41,946 bases of DNA, taken from positions 1-41,946 of IMG/VR virus record IMGVR_UViG_3300012952_003760. One strand, 5' to 3'. The notes under the pieces are model-generated. The model did no database searches. It saw only the letters and a list, made by a program, of their open reading frames with translations, and had not been told where the DNA came from. This DNA comes from a virus (taxonomy: Duplodnaviria; Caudoviricetes). The position numbers were made by a program, and so were the translations under genes. Of this stretch, positions 35,821 to 41,946 are shown piece by piece; the first letter of the stretch is position 1; each line of letters starts with the position of its first letter.

Positions 35821-36490
35821 AAAAAAGAATCATTATTTTACGCAGGAACATGAAGATGCGATTATAAGATATAGCCAAAGCAATTGCATGCGCGAACGCA
35901 CTGAGCTTTATGTAGAGTGGATTCAACCGGCCTTCAACGAGATGGTCGATAAAATTGTATTTACATATAAGTTTACTAATTTACCCAATTGCGATTCGCT
36001 GCGTGATGAATGCAAAATATGGCTCATGACAATACTGGAAAAATATGATCCCAGTAAGGGCTCCAAAGCCTTTTCTTATTTTTCAGTAATTACCAAAAAT
36101 TGGTTTATTCATAAGGTTAAGCGCCAACAGAAACGTAATCGCCGCGAAGTAGATTATGATAATATTTCGAAAGCCTATGAAGAGGAATTCTTATCAACCA
36201 ATGAATCTTACCTGAGCACACGCCAAGAAGAAGAATTTTGGAAATGTTTTTATACCGAATTAAAATCTTGGGATACGCATGGGATGAAGGAAAACGATCT
36301 GAAGGTATACAAAGCAATAGAGATTCTATTTGAGTCTAAAGAGGATATTGATATTTTTAACAAGAAGGCTATTTACCTATACCTTCGGGAGATCACTGGG
36401 CTAAACACTAAGCAGATAGTTAATTCTCTTAAAAAGTTCAGGAAAAGATATTCGAACTTTAAACAAGACTGGGAAAACGGGATGTTATGA
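35798..36490 (+). CDS. phage RNA polymerase sigma factor (gp55-like, late)
   Basis: NHYFT, then a sigma region-2-like KYDPSKGSKAFSYFSVITKN, and a C-terminal helical region. Confidence 0.75.
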   Translation: MTKKKRTRKKNHYFTQEHEDAIIRYSQSNCMRERTELYVEWIQPAFNEMVDKIVFTYKFTNLPNCDSLRDECKIWLMTILEKYDPSKGSKAFSYFSVITKNWFIHKVKRQQKRNRREVDYDNISKAYEEEFLSTNESYLSTRQEEEFWKCFYTELKSWDTHGMKENDLKVYKAIEILFESKEDIDIFNKKAIYLYLREITGLNTKQIVNSLKKFRKRYSNFKQDWENGML

Positions 36491-36786
36491 GTGATAAAAA
36501 TTTAGATTCATTGATTGAGGAAGCGTTGGGAAACATACGCAACGATCGCCGAGCCGCACGTGAATTTTTAAATGAAATCGCTAATATTATTGCTAACGAG
36601 CCGGAACAGAACAAATACCTAAGCAGCGTCGCAGCTAAACATATTGAGACCCTCCAGAGATCAAACGAACAATTAGTAAAACTAATCGGATTGCGCCAGA
36701 AAAGTACTAGCCAGTCTGCAGAGCTTTCCGATATGGATAAAGAAAGTTTATTCGATTTGATTCAAGAGGGTTCTCCCGATGGCTAG
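36487..36786 (+). CDS. hypothetical helical protein
   Basis: ATGA-coupled to the sigma gene, 99 aa. Confidence 0.75.
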   Translation: MSDKNLDSLIEEALGNIRNDRRAAREFLNEIANIIANEPEQNKYLSSVAAKHIETLQRSNEQLVKLIGLRQKSTSQSAELSDMDKESLFDLIQEGSPDG

Positions 36787-38785
36787 AAATAAGAACTTTT
36801 TAGATTGGACGGACTTCACCACTCCCGCATCTGGCCGTGAATTGCAAAATAATTCTATTCGCAAGACGCTTAAATATGACATATATCAAGATAAAACTAA
36901 GTTCAAGGCTGTAGCTCTTACCGATATGCATCCATTAAGTCAAGAAGGTGCAGATATAGTAGCAGGCACCGCTTATGACCTTGATGAAATAGGTACAGGT
37001 GATTTTGCAAGTCTAAAAAATATTCGCTGGGTCTTTCGGGCTCGCATCCTCGGAAACGATAGCCCGCATAACTTTATTCCCGATCCATGTGACACCACAT
37101 ATGTACGTACCACCGACGACATTGCAAAGGCTATGTCCTACATCCAGATGCATACTCAGTTCATCACTCCTACTGATTACGAGATGGACGAAGGGGACGA
37201 CTTAGTTCGCCAAGGGGATGTAGTATGGGTTGAGTTAGATAAAAACGTCTCGGGATATGATTTGCAGATGGGCCGGTATGTTAGCAAGATCACCGCCGAA
37301 CATGTGGGTGAAACTTCAGTCATGCGCCGCGGTCGCATGCGCACAACAGCGACAGAACACGTATGTGATAATATGCGTGATATCTTTAACGAAAGGGATG
37401 CCGCGCGCATACCGACTGGAGATGAAGGGTTAATATCTCCTCCTTCAGATGCTAGGGTGGCTTCAGTTCGAATTCCGGTCCAAGAACCTACCAGTCCCGC
37501 GGTAGTCGCTCTGATACCCACGATTGTGGGGACAGAATCTACAGTTTTTGGGAGCCCTGGACTAACAGACAGTATGCAATTACTGCCGACTACTCTTGAA
37601 ATGGGTAGTCTAGGACACAGTGTTGTGCATGAGCCATCTCATTTGCGTCTTGTCTCTCCGGTGGTCCGCAGCGCATGGAGTAAGTTTTATTGGCCACTGG
37701 TGGCAATGTTAGCCGGAAGTGATTTGGGAACGATTGGGCGCCTGATCCCGGAATCAAAATGGGCATCCTATTTGGACGGCGATGCAATCAGACGCGGAAC
37801 TAGCGCTTCGGGCGTGGCTCGAACTGGATCTGGAGCATCCGAGTTGGCTTTGGTGCAGCGTCTTAACTCTGCATGGAGATATCGTGCTCCGCGATCTCGG
37901 TGTTCACATTTGGGTGACCGATCTATACTTGATTATAATGAAGCGATAAAAAACGATCCGCGACGTACTGATGAGATTGTGAGAAGTACAAATCCTTTAA
38001 ATCCCTTAGAGGTTAAAGCGCTGGTTGAAAATACAGCCATGCGATTTGGAATGCAGCCTCCCTATGAAGGGCTCGGGTATAATGAAATGGATCCTCGTGT
38101 GTTTGAATTTATTCGCTTGATGTGGGACACACCCACTGTAGAAATGCCCCAACATTGTGGAGGGCTTTTAGGTCCTGCTGGCAGACAACCAACAGGGCCC
38201 GCTCGCCGATTAGCAGAAGGATTTAGCGCGTTGGGAAAATGTGATCCGAGAATGTGCTACTGTTGGAACAATCCGGGCGACCAAGCTTGGAGTGCCGCAT
38301 ATATCTCTTCTATTCTAAGAAATATAGATCCCACTTTTCCGGGATCATTTGCGCATCATTTCTATGTTCAAGCTGGGCTTATTGGACGAGGTATTAAGGC
38401 GGATACTTACAATATAGGGAGTATTAATGACGCCTTGTCACGCACGCCAGTTAGCTTTTCGTATATTGGACCACATTGGCAAACCTTCAGCTTGACTGAC
38501 GAAACAGTTCAGATTAATGTAGGAGATGTACTGGTAGAAGACAAACATTACCCAGGATCGAGTTGGCCATCCTCTCACGGAGACTTGGTGTGGAAGATAA
38601 CCGGTTTTCCAGGAGAAGAAATGTTATGGCTAGCCGGCGGCAATCTCAGCAATACTAATAGGACTGACATTCAGATCCCTGCCCCAAATCGACTTGTGGG
38701 AAAAAATGGAGTATTAGCAAAACCGTTGCACGGATACGCCTCACGTTGCGCTTGGTACAAGGTCGTGCTTAAAAAGATGATATAA
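36779..38785 (+). CDS. paralog 1: conserved N-domain plus C-terminal DUF2272/CHAP-like amidase domain (putative baseplate hydrolase)
   Basis: N-terminal ~200 aa shared with the next two ORFs. C-terminal AWSAAYIS, GDVLV, SHGDLV, GGNLSNT. Confidence 0.75.
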   Translation: MARNKNFLDWTDFTTPASGRELQNNSIRKTLKYDIYQDKTKFKAVALTDMHPLSQEGADIVAGTAYDLDEIGTGDFASLKNIRWVFRARILGNDSPHNFIPDPCDTTYVRTTDDIAKAMSYIQMHTQFITPTDYEMDEGDDLVRQGDVVWVELDKNVSGYDLQMGRYVSKITAEHVGETSVMRRGRMRTTATEHVCDNMRDIFNERDAARIPTGDEGLISPPSDARVASVRIPVQEPTSPAVVALIPTIVGTESTVFGSPGLTDSMQLLPTTLEMGSLGHSVVHEPSHLRLVSPVVRSAWSKFYWPLVAMLAGSDLGTIGRLIPESKWASYLDGDAIRRGTSASGVARTGSGASELALVQRLNSAWRYRAPRSRCSHLGDRSILDYNEAIKNDPRRTDEIVRSTNPLNPLEVKALVENTAMRFGMQPPYEGLGYNEMDPRVFEFIRLMWDTPTVEMPQHCGGLLGPAGRQPTGPARRLAEGFSALGKCDPRMCYCWNNPGDQAWSAAYISSILRNIDPTFPGSFAHHFYVQAGLIGRGIKADTYNIGSINDALSRTPVSFSYIGPHWQTFSLTDETVQINVGDVLVEDKHYPGSSWPSSHGDLVWKITGFPGEEMLWLAGGNLSNTNRTDIQIPAPNRLVGKNGVLAKPLHGYASRCAWYKVVLKKMI

Positions 38786-38795
38786 GGAATATAAT

Positions 38796-40028
38796 ATGGC
38801 TAGAAATAAGAACTTTTTAGATTGGACTGACTTCACGACCCCGGCGTCGGGTCGAGATTTACAAAATAATTCACTTCGCAAGACTTTGAAATATGATATA
38901 TATCAAGACAAAACAAAATTTAAAGCAATCGCTCTGACTGATATGCACCCAGTAAGCCAACAAGCAGCCGATATCATCACTAATCGCAGGTATAATTTTG
39001 ATAGACTTACTACGTCCGAAGTAGCTAGTATGAAGAATGTTCGCTGGATCTTCCGCGCGCGCATTTTAGGAAATGATAGCCCCCATAACTTTATTCCAGA
39101 TCCTTGCGATACAACATATATTAAAGAGGGAGATGATCTTCTTAAAGCTATGTCTTACATTCAAATGCACACTCAATTTATTACTCCTACTGATTATGAT
39201 TTTAAAAAAGGAAAAGCTTTGGTGATAAAGGGGGATGTGGTATGGGTTGAGTTAGATAAAAATGTAGTAGGGTACAACTTACAAATGGGAAGATTTGTAT
39301 CTAAAATTAAAGCGGAACATGTAGGAAGTAGTAGCACTGGGGGCACTCCTGATATACCCTTTCACTGCGATAACCTGCGCGATATCTTTCAAGAGAGAGA
39401 TGCGACCCGCGTTCCAATCGGCGCGTCTGGTCCGATAGAGTCTGTAGAGACTAGTTTGCTAGCCGATCCAGCTGCTCGTTGGGCACATGAAGAAGGAAAA
39501 GGCTCGCTAGCTGAGTTATTAAGCTTTATCGCTGCCGGCGAAGGTAATTATAATTCAATTAATGCAGGAGGATCCGGCGATCGACCAGGGGGCTCAACTC
39601 AGTGGCCTCAGCCCGGACCAGTTTTTGGGCCTTTAACGAACATGACAATTGGTACGTTACAAACACATCAAGCTAAAGCTGTTAGTGATAGTACGCGTAT
39701 TTTTGCTGCAGGTCGTTATCAGGTCATTCCCACTACGTTGACCGCCATTCTTCCTCGCACTGGACTAACGAGCACTGACCTTTATAGTCAAACCAATCAA
39801 GATAAAATCGGACACGAACTGATTAAGTCAATTCGAGACACTCGACTCTATTTGCAAAGAAGTAGTAGTGATATTCGGGCTGCAGCCCTAGGGTTAGCGA
39901 AAATGTGGGCATCGTTGCCTGATCCCTCTACAGGTCGTAGTTTCCATGGCTCCGTTGGAGGAAACGCTTCCTCTCACACTGTCGATCAAGTCTATCGAGT
40001 TTTAGTCCGCTCCCGAGGGCACATCTAA
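38796..40028 (+). CDS. paralog 2: conserved N-domain plus lambda-lysozyme-like (lytic transglycosylase) domain
   Basis: GEGNYNSIN, AAGRYQVIPTTL, NQDKIG, LAKMWASLP. Confidence 0.8.
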   Translation: MARNKNFLDWTDFTTPASGRDLQNNSLRKTLKYDIYQDKTKFKAIALTDMHPVSQQAADIITNRRYNFDRLTTSEVASMKNVRWIFRARILGNDSPHNFIPDPCDTTYIKEGDDLLKAMSYIQMHTQFITPTDYDFKKGKALVIKGDVVWVELDKNVVGYNLQMGRFVSKIKAEHVGSSSTGGTPDIPFHCDNLRDIFQERDATRVPIGASGPIESVETSLLADPAARWAHEEGKGSLAELLSFIAAGEGNYNSINAGGSGDRPGGSTQWPQPGPVFGPLTNMTIGTLQTHQAKAVSDSTRIFAAGRYQVIPTTLTAILPRTGLTSTDLYSQTNQDKIGHELIKSIRDTRLYLQRSSSDIRAAALGLAKMWASLPDPSTGRSFHGSVGGNASSHTVDQVYRVLVRSRGHI

Positions 40029-40052
40029 TGCAAATTAAAAGAGAAAAGCGAC

Positions 40053-41645
40053 ATGTCACGAAATAAGAACTTTCTAGATTGGACTGACTTTACCACCCCC
40101 GCATCGGGTCGGGAATTGCAGAATAATTCTATTCGCAAGACCTTAAAGTACGATATATATCAAGATAAGACCAAATTTAAAGCGATCGCGCTCACGGATA
40201 TGCAGCCATTGAGTCAAGAAGGCGCAGACATAATTGCTGGCACTGCTTATGATCTTAATACTCTTGCAGAAAATGAATTAGCTAGTATGAAGAATGTTCG
40301 CTGGGTCTTTCGCGCTCGCATCTTAGGAAACGATAGTCCTCACAACTTTATCCCTGATCCATGTGACACCACATATGTTAAAAAGGCAGACGATTTGAGC
40401 AAAGCTATGTCTTATGTCCAAATGCACACTCAGTTTATAACCCCTACTGATTTTGATATGAAGCAGGGACGCGGACTAGTTCGCCAAGGAGATGTGGTGT
40501 GGGTGGAACTGGATAAAAACGTCGTAGGGTATAACTTGCAAATGGGAAGATTTCTATCTAAAATTAAAAAAGATTTTATCGGAGGGGGAGGAACCTCCGT
40601 CGAGCATACTTTTTACTGCGATAACCTGCGCGATATTTTTCAAGAGAGAGATGCAACCCGAGTGCCTATAGGAGCTTCGGGCCCGATAGAAGGAGCAGAC
40701 TCAACAAGAGCTTCTAACACGACAACAAATCACGTCAAATGTAGCCGTCATACGGAGCTAAATGATATTTTACAATATGAGGAGGCGATTCTGCGCGCCC
40801 CCCAACGCCGACGCACTATTGTACGCTCCGCTGCTCTTGCTCCTACCTTCGGTATGGTAGTAAAGTCCAGAGTTATTTCGATGGCAAATGGTTTTGGATT
40901 CGTCGCTGGTGCCGGCAATAGTGCCACCAATAAAAAAGAATGGGATCCAAGCGTAGCACATTTATTTCCACATATGTGGTCCGCCCATGGAGTTAATTGT
41001 CCGCAAACTATGCGAACAACTGGTCAAAAATGTATAAATAATCGATACCTTGCCGCTCACCCCGGAGCGAAACCTCCGGGATGGCCAACAGGAACACCTT
41101 TTAACGGAGAATATTGTTGGCGCTCACCCGATGGTCGCTCGTCAACGGTACCGGGCGAGGGTTACGGATATCATTGGTCTGCCGCCTATATCTCCTATAT
41201 GCTAGATTTTCCTGGATCTGGATTTCCTGGAGGAGCTTCTCATCAGAAATACGCCCGCTCCGGCTTAACTACCCGCGGTATTCCCAGCGCCGGCTATTAC
41301 AGCCCTAGAAGTGGCTATGGAGATGGCACCTGGGAAACATTTAGTTTATGGTCCGAAACTGTAGAAATTAATGTAGGAGATGTTTTGGTGGAAGATAAAT
41401 GCTATCCCGGCGCAGATCACCAATCAGCTCATGGCGATCTCGTATGGCAAATAACTGGCACCCCTGGTAATGAAGTTTTGTGGATAGCCGGCGGAAACTT
41501 AAGCGATACTAACGTCACTCGAATTAAAATACGAGCGCCAAATAAGCTTTTAGGTCCCGGAGGTGCACCTCCTGTAGCTAGTGCTTATTACTCTGGTAGA
41601 GATTGGAGTGGTAAATATAAAGTAGTTGTTAAAAAAATGAGATAA
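40053..41645 (+). CDS. paralog 3: conserved N-domain plus C-terminal DUF2272/CHAP-like amidase domain
   Basis: HWSAAYIS, GDVLV, AHGDLV, GGNLSDT; homologous to the C-terminus of paralog 1. Confidence 0.75.
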   Translation: MSRNKNFLDWTDFTTPASGRELQNNSIRKTLKYDIYQDKTKFKAIALTDMQPLSQEGADIIAGTAYDLNTLAENELASMKNVRWVFRARILGNDSPHNFIPDPCDTTYVKKADDLSKAMSYVQMHTQFITPTDFDMKQGRGLVRQGDVVWVELDKNVVGYNLQMGRFLSKIKKDFIGGGGTSVEHTFYCDNLRDIFQERDATRVPIGASGPIEGADSTRASNTTTNHVKCSRHTELNDILQYEEAILRAPQRRRTIVRSAALAPTFGMVVKSRVISMANGFGFVAGAGNSATNKKEWDPSVAHLFPHMWSAHGVNCPQTMRTTGQKCINNRYLAAHPGAKPPGWPTGTPFNGEYCWRSPDGRSSTVPGEGYGYHWSAAYISYMLDFPGSGFPGGASHQKYARSGLTTRGIPSAGYYSPRSGYGDGTWETFSLWSETVEINVGDVLVEDKCYPGADHQSAHGDLVWQITGTPGNEVLWIAGGNLSDTNVTRIKIRAPNKLLGPGGAPPVASAYYSGRDWSGKYKVVVKKMR

Positions 41646-41704
41646 TAAACTATTAAAGTGTGTTACTCTCTACATTATAAAAACACTAATATTTGTAATC
41701 AATA

Positions 41705-41711
41705 CTAATTA
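41705..41711 (+). promoter_or_regulatory. CTAATTA, putative late-promoter motif
   Basis: Intergenic, followed by a GAGGAG SD and ATG 41727. Confidence 0.45.
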
Positions 41712-41726
41712 TTTGAGGAGATATAT

Positions 41727-41946
41727 ATGCCCCAAGGACCCAGAAAATATTTCAATATTGCATGGCAGCTTAAGAAATCTGCAAAAGAGGATTTAGAGAA
41801 GCTCCCTGTCATAGATCCAACAGTGCCTGAAACGAGATACCCAGGCTCCTCAAAAGAAAGAGCGAGGGGTATGGCGGCGATGTTGCCGAATCCGAATAAT
41901 CTCCCCCCAGGTTCTCAGGAACAGCTCCGTGCATACAGCCTTGGCA
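41727..41946 (+). CDS. 3'-truncated hypothetical protein
   Basis: GAGGAG SD; MPQGPRKYFNIAWQLKK... stays open to the window end. Confidence 0.7.
   Translation, partial: MPQGPRKYFNIAWQLKKSAKEDLEKLPVIDPTVPETRYPGSSKERARGMAAMLPNPNNLPPGSQEQLRAYSLG

Larger units (their letters stand above)
36779..40700 (+). repeat. three dispersed direct repeats of ~600 bp encoding the shared N-domain (starting at 36779, 38796 and 40053)
   Basis: A 32-nt identity at 36779-36810 vs 38796-38827, and 44/46 identity at 39364-39409 vs 40615-40660. Confidence 0.9.

Noticed and set aside
304-40961. All minus-strand ORFs and the short alternative-frame plus-strand ORFs in the track (for example 5790-6305, 30047-30523, 2195-2392, 6688-6909)
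   Set aside because: They lie within or overlap well-supported plus-strand genes or the tmRNA and have no recognisable motifs, so they are shadow ORFs.
36779-41645. Diversity-generating retroelement or CRISPR array explaining the repeats
   Set aside because: There is no reverse transcriptase, the differences are not adenine-specific, and the repeats are long coding paralogs rather than short regularly spaced repeats.
1-41946. Eukaryotic giant virus origin, or an alternative genetic code
   Set aside because: The tmRNA, SD sites, sigma70 promoters and sigma factor indicate a bacteriophage. Genes are intact and densely packed under the standard code, with TAA, TAG and TGA all used as stops.

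Overview
This window looks like a 42-kb piece of a large, AT-rich dsDNA bacteriophage genome (T4-like or jumbo myophage character). It is not an ordinary bacterial chromosome or a eukaryotic giant virus. Every credible gene is on the + strand, tightly packed with ATGA/TAATG overlaps and Shine-Dalgarno sites. The window has four blocks. (1) 1-7.1 kb: a HAD-protein fragment, small hypotheticals, a thymidine kinase fused to a VOC/glyoxalase domain, and acidic proteins including a 783-aa fusion of an RNA-ligase-like (DUF6267-type) domain with a HIGH-family nucleotidyltransferase. (2) 7.1-19 kb: a Fis-type HTH protein, an intact tmRNA (7699-8071, tag ANNNNHFEAAALAA), membrane and lipoproteins, an SlyD-like FKBP, a permuted papain-like amidase, a vWA lipoprotein, a eukaryote-type phosphomannomutase, an HNH nuclease, a sulfotransferase, PIN-PhoH and a Cas4/RecB-like nuclease. 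(3) 19-35 kb: a roughly 16-kb nucleotide-sugar and glycosylation island. (4) 35-42 kb: a phage sigma factor and three tandem paralogs that share a roughly 200-aa N-terminal domain (possibly gp5/VgrG-OB-like) but carry interchangeable peptidoglycan-hydrolase C-termini, with DNA-level mosaicism between the copies. Two promoter classes are visible: sigma70-type TTGACA-N17-TATAWT, and a recurrent CTAWYTA motif just upstream of many starts, a candidate late promoter. All family assignments come from motif recognition by eye; no searches were run.
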